From positions 1-64,000 of IMG/VR virus record IMGVR_UViG_3300023048_000002: 64,000 nucleotides of DNA, one strand, 5' to 3'. Each line of letters begins with the position of its first letter. The stretch's first letter is position 1. A program made the position numbers and the translations under genes. The DNA is from a virus. Lineage: Duplodnaviria; Caudoviricetes. Positions 46,352-55,568 of this stretch are shown in pieces. Under the pieces are notes generated by a model. It was given only the letters and a program-made list of their open reading frames with translations, ran no database searches and had not been told where the DNA came from.

Positions 46352-46915
46352 TTAATTTTTATCGAATACCTGTCCGATATCATAGATTCGCTTAAAGCTG
46401 GAATCGGTTACATTCCATGGCATATCCATAAGTATAGTGTTCTCAATTTTACTATGAGTTGAAAAATCGTTACAGTTGTCTATATTATCGTCTACGGCCA
46501 TAATCACGTTATCATAAATGTTTGCATAGTAAGATTTCTTGATCGTATGGCTTGACACATGAATGTTGTCATATGGAATACCATTACGGTCGAACCATTC
46601 CTTCGTCACGTTGTACGCGTCAGGGTGGTAGCCTCTGGACGTAATGATGACGATCTTATGGCCCTGATCCTTCAGTGCGGTGAGTGTCTTCAAAGAGTTA
46701 TCGTATGGCTCCATAGTAGTAAGAATATCGCTGTCAATGATCGCGTCAAATAGGTTCTCGATTGAGATACCATAAATGTCTGTAATATTGAAGCAATTCC
46801 ACTGCTGCCAAGGAACGCTCTTCTTTGAGTATTTATCCAGAACTTTTTGCATTGGAACCTTGAGATTACCTAGCGTATCGTCAAGATCGAAAATGCATAC
46901 TTTACCTGATTTCAT
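46352..46915 (-). CDS. HAD 5'-nucleotidase (NT5C-like)
   Basis: DLDDTL, ITSR, T..W, VDDN, PWN. Confidence 0.8.
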   Translation of the reverse strand: MKSGKVCIFDLDDTLGNLKVPMQKVLDKYSKKSVPWQQWNCFNITDIYGISIENLFDAIIDSDILTTMEPYDNSLKTLTALKDQGHKIVIITSRGYHPDAYNVTKEWFDRNGIPYDNIHVSSHTIKKSYYANIYDNVIMAVDDNIDNCNDFSTHSKIENTILMDMPWNVTDSSFKRIYDIGQVFDKN

Positions 46916-46989
46916 CTGTATTCCTTGAAATTTGGTGGAGTATATCTCACCAAGGGTGGGTTAAACGAGAAAAAACGCCTGATCAATGA

Positions 46990-47691
46990 TCAAGCGTTTA
47001 ATATGCTTTCTTTTGTTAGGATTTCTTTTACGAAATTCATACCATCAGTTGCTTTCATTTCCAGATGGAGAAAGTCTTGAATTGAATATAACATATTAGG
47101 ATCGATGATGACTCCTGTGGTACCCTTTGGCATGTACGTGTGCAAATGTGATGCTGGGAATACTTCTAAAGATGTTCCAACGATGATATATGCATGAGAC
47201 TTCTTGACTGCTGCTATGGCATCTTCATAACGCTTGACATTCTCACCGAACCATACAATGTCAGGACGCATAGGAAGTCCACTCGGTGAACGATCATCTT
47301 TAGTCAGGTCTTTCTCCCAACGGAATGACTTCTCTTCACCGGCAACTTCTCTAACCTTTAGAATCTCACCATGTAAATGAATCACATTGGTTGAACCACC
47401 ACGCTCATGAAGGTCATCAATATTCTGTGTTATAACAGTTACATCATAGAACTCTTCCAACTCAGCGATGATCTTATGTGCATCATTAGGTTGTGCGGCT
47501 TGAATGTCTTTGCGACGTTCGTTAAAGAAATGTAGAACCTTGTTAGCATCACGGTTCCAGCCATCAATGGATGAGACTTCTTCAATCTTATAATGGTTCC
47601 ATAAGCCATCTACAGAATCACGGAAAGTGGCGATACCACTTTCCTTTGAAATACCTGCACCAGTCATAAAGACTAGTGATTTGCGCTCCAT
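46990..47691 (-). CDS. Sir2/CobB NAD-dependent deacylase
   Basis: TGAGISKESGIATFR, TQNIDDLHER, HLHG, RPDIVWFGE, GTSLEV.PA. Confidence 0.92.
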   Translation of the reverse strand: MERKSLVFMTGAGISKESGIATFRDSVDGLWNHYKIEEVSSIDGWNRDANKVLHFFNERRKDIQAAQPNDAHKIIAELEEFYDVTVITQNIDDLHERGGSTNVIHLHGEILKVREVAGEEKSFRWEKDLTKDDRSPSGLPMRPDIVWFGENVKRYEDAIAAVKKSHAYIIVGTSLEVFPASHLHTYMPKGTTGVIIDPNMLYSIQDFLHLEMKATDGMNFVKEILTKESILNA

Positions 47692-48254
47692 TACTTATTA
47701 CCTTCTAGAATTTTACGCTCAACATCTAGATTACGGACTTCAGCATTTTCGTCAGAGTATTTCTCTGGATAACGTGCCTGAAGCTTTGCAATGTTACGAA
47801 CCAAACCTTCTTCCCAATCAAGGCCAAGGGCATCGTTTAGAATAGCGTTATACCAACTAGCATCAGCCATTTCTTCTTGAATGTTGACTGCATCAATAGT
47901 ACCACCAGTAATGTTCTTCTGTAATGCTGAAACAAGCTCAGCGGCTTCAGTAGCAACACCAATAACACCATGGAACACACGAGGGTTTACACCTTCAAGA
48001 ACTTCTTCCTTCTGTTCGCTGTGATGACGATCAGCACAATTATCAAAGAACTTCAAACTATCGGATAGCTCTTGAAACTTCTCATTATATTTCTTTGGAT
48101 TTTTGTAATAAATCTTTTTCTTAAGGCAGTCAAGCATTTCACCGGCAGTGACGAAGATTGCTAGAACATGTAGAAGTTCATTCTTATCAGCAATAACTTC
48201 ATCAACGATTGACTCTGTGCGTAATGCTTTTTCTTGGTATTCTATTAAATTCAT
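47691..48254 (-). CDS. MazG-like NTP pyrophosphohydrolase
   Basis: GVATEAAEL, EEMAD..WY, NIAKLQARYP. Confidence 0.85.
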   Translation of the reverse strand: MNLIEYQEKALRTESIVDEVIADKNELLHVLAIFVTAGEMLDCLKKKIYYKNPKKYNEKFQELSDSLKFFDNCADRHHSEQKEEVLEGVNPRVFHGVIGVATEAAELVSALQKNITGGTIDAVNIQEEMADASWYNAILNDALGLDWEEGLVRNIAKLQARYPEKYSDENAEVRNLDVERKILEGNK

Positions 48255-48348
48255 AAATGGGTCCGTTTAAGCGGTTAGTCTACCATTCATGAATCTCTTA
48301 ATCAATCTAAAAGAAAAAGGCCGGTTACCCGGCCTTTTCTGTTTCCTT

Positions 48349-48984
48349 CTAAGAATTAAGCTTTCGCTCGTAATCCTTGTAGATTGGGGAGTTCTTGCTT
48401 ACACCCTTGATAAGGAAGTCAAGCTGGTCTCCAAGAATGTGTCTATTCTCAAGAATCAAATGTTCATAGAACGATGGCTTGTATGGAAGATAATGTAGCT
48501 CAAGCTCAGCATCTGCAAGAGTCTTATTATCCTTCCAACGGTTACATGCTCCACATGCTGTTACAACATTTTCCCAAATATCTGGTCCACCTTTAGAAAC
48601 TGGATGAACATGGTCGCGAGTTAACTTACCTTTTGGGTATATGGTATTACAATATGCACAAAGATAACGGTCACGTTCGAACAACATTGCATTAGAAAGT
48701 GTCGGGCTGTATCCAGCAAGGTCACGCTTCTTTGTACGTTTGCTCTTATCATGTTTTACAGCAACAATCGTGTCCATAACTAGCACAGACTGCTGTCCAG
48801 TTGAAGCATTCATTCCACCACGAAGTGTATGTGCATACTTACCTGTTGTCCAAAGGATACGATCCTTCGCCTGCAATGTTGCGAAGTCCTGATATGTAAT
48901 CCAACGCAATGGCTCTCCTGAATCGGAAAGCTGCAAAATTTTGGGGATGTGGGTTCGCTTTTCAATTTCATGTGCAGTCGTCAT
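48349..48984 (-). CDS. HNH endonuclease
   Basis: RD..LCAYC, TRDHVHP.SKGG..WENVVTAC..CN..K. Confidence 0.9.
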   Translation of the reverse strand: MTTAHEIEKRTHIPKILQLSDSGEPLRWITYQDFATLQAKDRILWTTGKYAHTLRGGMNASTGQQSVLVMDTIVAVKHDKSKRTKKRDLAGYSPTLSNAMLFERDRYLCAYCNTIYPKGKLTRDHVHPVSKGGPDIWENVVTACGACNRWKDNKTLADAELELHYLPYKPSFYEHLILENRHILGDQLDFLIKGVSKNSPIYKDYERKLNS

Positions 48985-49013
48985 AACATATTCCTTTGGA
49001 TATTTAGTTCGTT

Positions 49014-49490
49014 CTAACCCTGTCGGACTCTGTTGAATCCTTCTGATGTATCGGGTATTTCATAGGTTTCAATCATATTTATTACAATGCCAATTGGGAT
49101 GTTCTTACCAGTTTGACGAGCGCGCTCCTTCAAACGGCTTAACAATTCTTCCTGATCAACCATAAAATACACACATTCAGTGTGATAATCCTTAGGAAAA
49201 CGAGACAGAATTTCCTTGCGTTTCTTAGCCGTAAGATTGGTTTGATCCCAAATCACATTCTTACGATTCTTAATAGCTTCATCCAACTGAACATACATAC
49301 GCTTAGTAGCTTCCTTAACCGAAGTCTTCCAGACTTCAGAGTAAGTCTTACCCTGTTCCTTGGCAATCGTTTCTACAATATCATCGGTCGAGATGATGAC
49401 ACTATCGTGAGCCATAGTACCAATGTAAGTAGACTTACCGGACGCAGGTGGACCTACCAAGACAATCAATGTTGGGGTGTTAATATTCAT
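49014..49490 (-). CDS. P-loop polynucleotide-kinase-like protein (AAA_33)
   Basis: VGPPASGKST, ISTDD, WDQTNL...R, EGF. Confidence 0.85.
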   Translation of the reverse strand: MNINTPTLIVLVGPPASGKSTYIGTMAHDSVIISTDDIVETIAKEQGKTYSEVWKTSVKEATKRMYVQLDEAIKNRKNVIWDQTNLTAKKRKEILSRFPKDYHTECVYFMVDQEELLSRLKERARQTGKNIPIGIVINMIETYEIPDTSEGFNRVRQG

Positions 49491-49551
49491 TCTTTTGTTC
49501 CTTGTATATTATCAGTCTATAAAATTAATTCAAGCTAGAATATAATTATAT

Positions 49552-49998
49552 TCAGTCTGCATTCACAAACTCTACTTCAATTCCAGCTTCAGCAAACATA
49601 GCTTTAGCAAAATCAATTTCTTCACCCCATCGAGTACGAAACTCATCTGAAGGTTCTACAGAAACGACACGCTTAATGCCAGCAGTAATCATGCTTCCGG
49701 CACATGCAGAGCATGGAAAGGTTGATACTGCCATCGTCATACCTCTTGTTGGCAGACCTTCAGCAGCACAATAGTCAAGAGCATTCTTTTCTGCATGCTG
49801 AATTAGCTTATATTTGGTTGGACGATCTTTCAGACGTTCATCATCAGCAAATGCTTCAGGGAAGCCATTGTAAGCCAAGAGACGAATGCGCTTACCATTG
49901 GCAAGTACAGCACCCACTTTGGTTGATTCATCCTTAGACCATGATGCAGCCAATCTAGCAGCATCAATCAATCGTTTATTCCACTTATCATTATTCAT
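49552..49998 (-). CDS. dCMP deaminase
   Basis: SKD.STKVGA, YNGFP, HAE.NA, PCSAC. Confidence 0.9.
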   Translation of the reverse strand: MNNDKWNKRLIDAARLAASWSKDESTKVGAVLANGKRIRLLAYNGFPEAFADDERLKDRPTKYKLIQHAEKNALDYCAAEGLPTRGMTMAVSTFPCSACAGSMITAGIKRVVSVEPSDEFRTRWGEEIDFAKAMFAEAGIEVEFVNAD

Positions 49999-50075
49999 AA
50001 TTTCTCCGTCTTAAATTGTATCTTTTGAGATGTATAATGTCAAATATCATATAAATAAAGAAAAAGAGAAAAACT

Positions 50076-50441
50076 ATGAAAATTCTGCAACTTTTAGAAT
50101 CCGTGATGGATTTTGATACTGATACACAATACAAATTAACTGGCGTTAATGCATTCTCAGAAGAGAATGGGATGATCGATGGATCATTTTCATTCGTTCA
50201 AGATAATGGTGTTGTTTACGCAGTGGATATCATGGTTAACCCTAAGACCCGTGGATTTAAGTTTGGTGATATTGATATTCAAGATCATGGTACTACTCAT
50301 GATGGGAACCCTGATGACCTTAAGATTGCTATTAGATTCTTTAAGGATAACTTCCAAGAAATTGTAGCCCAACTTAAGCAAGACCTTGAAGAAAACTCAG
50401 ATGGTCAGAAACCCTTCAATCGACCAACTGCAACAGCCTAA
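50076..50441 (+). CDS. hypothetical protein (possible internal head protein)
   Basis: TATAAATA upstream; N-terminus MKILQLLE. Confidence 0.6.
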   Translation: MKILQLLESVMDFDTDTQYKLTGVNAFSEENGMIDGSFSFVQDNGVVYAVDIMVNPKTRGFKFGDIDIQDHGTTHDGNPDDLKIAIRFFKDNFQEIVAQLKQDLEENSDGQKPFNRPTATA

Positions 50442-50474
50442 ATTAAAAAGCCCGCTTTCGCGGGCTTTTTATTA

Positions 50475-51449
50475 TTACCAATCACTACCAGATGATCCAC
50501 TATCGAAGCTGGAAGAACCAGAATCAAAGCTTGAAGATGAATCTGACCAGCTAGACGAGCTAGAAGAACCGCTATCCCAACTTGAGGATGAGCTTGACGA
50601 GGAACTGGAAGAACCAGAATCGAAGGTGTCAGTATCACCATCATCAAATGTGGTTGTAGTGGTGGTTGTAGTGGTTGAACCAGAATCAAATCCACGATCA
50701 ACATGGCCGACATATGGGTCACTATAATAGTGATCACGATGATGATCAGACAATGCTTCATTAAGAAGAACACCAGTCAGCATGCCATCGACATAACCAT
50801 TATTGGTATTACCGACGATAACAGTCTGTGGGACGACTGAAGGCTGGACGATAACTGGTGATACTGGTACCGTTGGGCGAGTAACATTAGCCGATGAGTA
50901 ACGTGGAACCGGCTGGCTAACACCAGCACCATAAGTACCACTGTTTGCGGTACGAGTTACCGGCTGACTATCAACAAGATCACGATAAGCACGTTCGGTC
51001 TTATCATCGATTTCCTGCTGGCGGCGCTGGATCGACTTATAGACCCAAACAATGATGCCGACGATAACAAGGACCGCAAGGGTGCCGAAGAAGTACGGAG
51101 CAACACTACCGGACTCATGTGCAGGCTGTACCGTTGGCTGACGAACAGTCGCAGTAGTAGTCGTAGTAGTTACAGACTTTGCGACATGCTGCGAAGTAAG
51201 CTTACCAACGAAATCATTATACTTTGAAAGGCTACCTGCATAACCATGCGATGGATCGATTGCATCAGCCTTGGACAGTGCTGTACGAGCTTCGCCAGTC
51301 TTGCCGAGATGCTGTTCAACCTGTGCAAGGTAATACCAACCCTTGGCTGATTCTGGATGTTCCTGAAGGCCTTGCTGAAGGTCTTTCTCAGCCTGTGCCC
51401 AATTACCATCGCGAGTGATTTCTGTCGAGATTTCAGCGAGTGACTTCAT
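50475..51449 (-). CDS. TPR-containing membrane protein with Ser/Asp-rich tail
   Basis: TPR (HPESAKGWYYLAQV), TM helix, poly-Ser C-terminus; start probably MKSLAE. Confidence 0.75.
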   Translation of the reverse strand: MKSLAEISTEITRDGNWAQAEKDLQQGLQEHPESAKGWYYLAQVEQHLGKTGEARTALSKADAIDPSHGYAGSLSKYNDFVGKLTSQHVAKSVTTTTTTATVRQPTVQPAHESGSVAPYFFGTLAVLVIVGIIVWVYKSIQRRQQEIDDKTERAYRDLVDSQPVTRTANSGTYGAGVSQPVPRYSSANVTRPTVPVSPVIVQPSVVPQTVIVGNTNNGYVDGMLTGVLLNEALSDHHRDHYYSDPYVGHVDRGFDSGSTTTTTTTTTFDDGDTDTFDSGSSSSSSSSSSSWDSGSSSSSSWSDSSSSFDSGSSSFDSGSSGSDW

Positions 51450-51528
51450 TGTGTGTTTTCCTGTAGGGTTATAAAAGTTTGGACACCGTTGTGGTGTCCA
51501 CACAGAATACTTCTATTAATTCTTTCCG

Positions 51529-52056
51529 TCAATCAATTGTGATTGACTGGATTGGGACCGTAACCTGATTAGTGCTAAATCCAAAGATTAACATTCCATC
51601 CTTGTTGGAAGCATAGCACCAAGTATGGTCAACAGGGATAAAAAATTTTAAGTTAAATGGCTTAGCTGTAATTCCCTTATGAACAAAGAGTTCTCTGTTC
51701 ACCCCATTAGAAAAATCTTCTGGTCTATACAAAGACCAATTATGGTCACGTTCAACAAATTCGGTTTCTTCTTTAAGACCAAAATGGTTGTAGGTCGTGT
51801 AAACATTTAAATATCCACCTTGCAAGTCAGCCTTTATATCACTACTATTGTAACCAGTAACAGCAATCTCAATGCAAGCATTGTCGTCATTGTGATATCT
51901 AATATTGAATGGCAACATTGCTTCACCTCTTAAGTGAATAGCTTCCAATGGGTATTTTTTAATCTTATTGAAATAATTACCAACTTCTTGATGTCTCTGC
52001 TTATAGTGAAGCTTTTCAAGTTCAGAATCTTTGTTTTCAATTTTAATTTCTGACAT
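51529..52056 (-). CDS. small heat-shock protein (Hsp20/IbpA-like)
   Basis: PFNI, IEIAVTGY, HKGI...F...F, A..KDGML. Confidence 0.75.
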   Translation of the reverse strand: MSEIKIENKDSELEKLHYKQRHQEVGNYFNKIKKYPLEAIHLRGEAMLPFNIRYHNDDNACIEIAVTGYNSSDIKADLQGGYLNVYTTYNHFGLKEETEFVERDHNWSLYRPEDFSNGVNRELFVHKGITAKPFNLKFFIPVDHTWCYASNKDGMLIFGFSTNQVTVPIQSITID

Positions 52057-52146
52057 ACTATTCTCCTATGTGTTATATCAGGATATGTCCTTTCGGCTAC
52101 ATAAGTAGCTATATTTCGACTAGCCATCAACAGTCTATCATTAAAA

Positions 52147-52806
52147 TTAAACAGACGCTAGCTTTCTGATCTTGGTGGAAGACATATCATTATTACCTTC
52201 AATAAAAATATGGCGGTCTGATTCCATCAATGTCTTGTATCGTTTAAATGAATCACTCTGACTTCTACCTGCAACGATGCACTTACCCTTGTCGATAAAG
52301 GCTAGTGAGAAGTTTGCACGGTCACCACCGCAAAGGAGGTATGCATCATTGTTAAGATCAATGAGTTCCTTATACAGGCGAGTGAAGTTACGCGAACAAC
52401 CATTTTCCATAGAATCTTCAAAGATCAATGAGAAGCTAAATCCACGATAGGGGAATCGACCCAAGAGAAGGCCGAATGCGGCGGTAAAACTCTTCTCGTT
52501 GAACTTACCTTTAGAGGTACGGTATTGCTGATGATCAACATGAATGATCACGATACCTTCTGTACCATGCTTTGCAATAGCATCAATGGCTTTGATGACG
52601 GTCTCAAGGTGACCTTCATGGAAAGGATAGAATGCACCAGAATACTGAATGACCGTCTTACCCTCGGGAAGACTGAAGGTCTTAGCATAAGATTCATTCC
52701 ATGCATGAGGCTCTTGGAAATATCCAGCCTGTAGACAGAAGTCATATCCATACTTAGCTTCAATGGTTTGAAACCAAGGGTCTAGACAATCAAGTTCAGT
52801 AGCCAT
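52147..52806 (-). CDS. HxGH-family nucleotidyltransferase (NadD/cytidylyltransferase-like)
   Basis: YSGAFYPFHEGH, GGDR, MSSTKIR. Confidence 0.8.
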   Translation of the reverse strand: MATELDCLDPWFQTIEAKYGYDFCLQAGYFQEPHAWNESYAKTFSLPEGKTVIQYSGAFYPFHEGHLETVIKAIDAIAKHGTEGIVIIHVDHQQYRTSKGKFNEKSFTAAFGLLLGRFPYRGFSFSLIFEDSMENGCSRNFTRLYKELIDLNNDAYLLCGGDRANFSLAFIDKGKCIVAGRSQSDSFKRYKTLMESDRHIFIEGNNDMSSTKIRKLASV

Positions 52807-52831
52807 AATTATATTCCAATGTCAATATCGT

Positions 52832-53665
52832 TCAAAAACCGTAAGCCACATCACCCCTGATGATATAACGGTGCCCATCACCCACATACTTCTCCACCTG
52901 ATGGCAGAGCCAGTGAGGGAAGATCAGCAAACGCCCCTGCTTAGGGGAAACACTCATGATAACCTCATTACTCATTTCTGTCCAGTCTGAGCGATCCTGA
53001 AACATAGGATGAATATGATGCTGATGATCCTTAACAAACTGGAAGTTACCGCCAGTACCACTAGGAGTATTGAGATACAGAACCCATGAGAAGAGAGTTG
53101 TATAACGCTCATCTGTGTTAACGAATGGTGCATCATAATGTGGAGTATGCATTCCACCATCAGCATACTTCATAAAACGAAGCCATGGTGTTGATCCAAG
53201 AAGTTCATAGCGTTCTTCAGGTTCAAACGGAGTTGCCATTACAGGCTGATATGAACCCGGACAATCCTTGCGCTCATACTTGTATGGCTGCATAAGAGTA
53301 TGCATACCACCGATCTTGGTACGAACAAATTCACGGATAGGAACCATATTGTGAATTTGCTTAGTAATGACATCTGCAAAGTCTGTACCCCAAGCCATGG
53401 CGCGATGCGACCCAGCATTCTCTTCAGTATTAGCAAAACCATCAATACCCACTGGATATTGAATTTGATCATCAAACTGACGGATCAGGCTTGCACACTG
53501 CTCAGCCGAGATAATGTCATCACCCCAAATAATAGGATATTCAGAATAATGATTGATGATTCGTTGCTCACGAATACCAAAACGCTTCTGTTCTTTGAGG
53601 ATAGATGGGTTCCATTCCGGCTTCGTATAGAGTCCACCAGTCTTATAAGCATTGAGGTTGTGCAT
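52832..53665 (-). CDS. 2OG-Fe(II) oxygenase (prolyl-4-hydroxylase-like)
   Basis: RFMKY, HYD, LYLN, GG, LIFPH...H, R. Confidence 0.85.
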   Translation of the reverse strand: MHNLNAYKTGGLYTKPEWNPSILKEQKRFGIREQRIINHYSEYPIIWGDDIISAEQCASLIRQFDDQIQYPVGIDGFANTEENAGSHRAMAWGTDFADVITKQIHNMVPIREFVRTKIGGMHTLMQPYKYERKDCPGSYQPVMATPFEPEERYELLGSTPWLRFMKYADGGMHTPHYDAPFVNTDERYTTLFSWVLYLNTPSGTGGNFQFVKDHQHHIHPMFQDRSDWTEMSNEVIMSVSPKQGRLLIFPHWLCHQVEKYVGDGHRYIIRGDVAYGF

Positions 53666-53778
53666 GGGATGTCTCGTGATTTGATAACGCTATTATTTCT
53701 CAACTCCATTAGAAGTCAAGATTAAGTTTACTTTAAAGATGAATAGGTGTAAAATATAACGACTAATTGAGTAGTTGA

Positions 53779-54114
53779 ATGAAGTTACATCTTACACAAA
53801 GGGATTTCAAGGATATATGGAATCAGTTAAAGGCATCAGCAAAGAAACGTAATATTGAATTCACGTTGCTGCCATCTGACATAGACGAGATTGGCATTCC
53901 TATCACCTGTCCCATCCTTGGGATACCATTAAGCTTCCATCGCAATAAGGTACAGGCTGACTCTATAAGTTTTGATAGAATCGATTCAGCTAAAGGTTAT
54001 TCTATTGACAACGTGATAGTTGTATCGTACCGAGCAAATATGCTCAAGTCTAATGCAACGTTAGATGAAATGCGAAAAATCGTTAACTTCTATGAAGAAT
54101 TAATTAAAGATTAA
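53779..54114 (+). CDS. HNH-like (His-Me) endonuclease, inverted inside the NAD operon
   Basis: CPILG...SFDRIDSAKGYSIDNV..S..AN..K. Confidence 0.75.
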   Translation: MKLHLTQRDFKDIWNQLKASAKKRNIEFTLLPSDIDEIGIPITCPILGIPLSFHRNKVQADSISFDRIDSAKGYSIDNVIVVSYRANMLKSNATLDEMRKIVNFYEELIKD

Positions 54115-54964
54115 TCTGTGATATCGCTCCAATGATTTTCGAATATGCGTACTTACGGAATCCTTCCAGTCTCGGATATGCATGTTGACCGGGGAACGGC
54201 AGATTGTATTTGTGTCGATTGCGATGAATATTGTTAACCACAAATGTTGTAGGATCATCAACATTTTTAATCGCATTAATGAGATTGGTTCGATCATCAG
54301 TAGTGTCACTAACATTACTCGCTTCATAGGCAACCTTTTCAATCTGTGGATATGTTGCCCCAATCATCTTATAATCGTTAAGGTCACCTGACCACTGTAG
54401 ATCACCAGATGGTACCGCATCGATGATTTCCTGCGGAACGCCAAGCTCCTTAGCTAGTGCATATACTTCAGACTTGTGAAGATGGCTAATCGGATAGTAG
54501 TCCTGTGCAGCGTCAGAAGCCTTACCCCAAAATCCAAGGTAAGCAGCTTCATCGAAATTAACAGTACCAACAACCACTGGCTTCAAACCATGGCAGTGTC
54601 GCTCGGCAGCAATACCATAGAAGTAAGCATTACGGATGATGGGGAGTGCAGCTTCCTTGCCTGCTTCGTTCAGATATCGCGGATTCTCCATTTCAAGATA
54701 ATCCCAACGCATCATATAATCTTCATGATCGTGAGCTTCATGCATTGCAGCAACAAAATCCATGGCAATCATCGGTGATGAAAGCTTCTGACCTTTGAAG
54801 CACGTCTGAAACACTGTGGTTGGAATTCCTGCATGATGAAGAACAGCAGCGGTAGTAGCCGAATCGATACCACCAGAATAGCCTACGATTGCTTCGTTGA
54901 GACCACTGGTCTCAAACCATCGCTTAACGTGGTTGAGAAGCCTTTCTGTAGATGCACTGTACAT
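54104..54964 (-). CDS. nadE: NAD+ synthetase (NH3-dependent type)
   Basis: GYSGGIDS, GT.N..E..LG..K..D, PI..L.KSEV..LA..LGVP..I..A.PS.DL. Confidence 0.85.
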   Translation of the reverse strand: MYSASTERLLNHVKRWFETSGLNEAIVGYSGGIDSATTAAVLHHAGIPTTVFQTCFKGQKLSSPMIAMDFVAAMHEAHDHEDYMMRWDYLEMENPRYLNEAGKEAALPIIRNAYFYGIAAERHCHGLKPVVVGTVNFDEAAYLGFWGKASDAAQDYYPISHLHKSEVYALAKELGVPQEIIDAVPSGDLQWSGDLNDYKMIGATYPQIEKVAYEASNVSDTTDDRTNLINAIKNVDDPTTFVVNNIHRNRHKYNLPFPGQHAYPRLEGFRKYAYSKIIGAISQINL

Positions 54965-54966
54965 GA

Positions 54967-55560
54967 TTAACCCTTCAAAGTTTGATTGACGATTTCCTTC
55001 ATTGGAGCAAACAACTCTTCTGGCAATGAAGTGCGCTTCGAAAAGAATAACGGATTAATTAGATAGTTGCAAGCACTAATTCCATTATCGGTCTTCAGGA
55101 GTGAGTTGTTCATGAACAAGTCTTCCATGTCGATGAGGTCTTCATTCTTAAACAGACGTACCGGAACGGTGTAACTCTCCGTACCCAACAGCGACTTAGC
55201 CAGATGCATAGTCTGACCATGAACCATATCAGTATCAATGATATGAATCATGCCAGTATAAAGTATTTTCTTCCTGATTGGCATAGGCTCCCCAACAAGA
55301 CGGTTGACCACATCACCATGTTCATTGAACACTCGTGAAATCTGAAAATAATCTATACCAAATGCATCAGCAAGATGACGATCTAGAGACACATGAAGAT
55401 GTTCAAGAATTTGTGGTGGAAAGATACCAAAGTCTTCCTTATTAGGAACACGATGATCCACAACCCTAATCTCCGAACCAAGTTCCTTACGAATGAGACC
55501 GCTCACTTTGTCAAGATAGTGCATACCTTCTTCGGTATGCACTCTGAGAATGTATTTCAT
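54967..55560 (-). CDS. hypothetical protein with degenerate type I PRTase-like motif
   Basis: IIDTDMVHGQT resembles the PRPP-binding loop; lies between nadV and nadE. Confidence 0.45.
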   Translation of the reverse strand: MKYILRVHTEEGMHYLDKVSGLIRKELGSEIRVVDHRVPNKEDFGIFPPQILEHLHVSLDRHLADAFGIDYFQISRVFNEHGDVVNRLVGEPMPIRKKILYTGMIHIIDTDMVHGQTMHLAKSLLGTESYTVPVRLFKNEDLIDMEDLFMNNSLLKTDNGISACNYLINPLFFSKRTSLPEELFAPMKEIVNQTLKG

Positions 55561-55568
55561 AGCTATCC

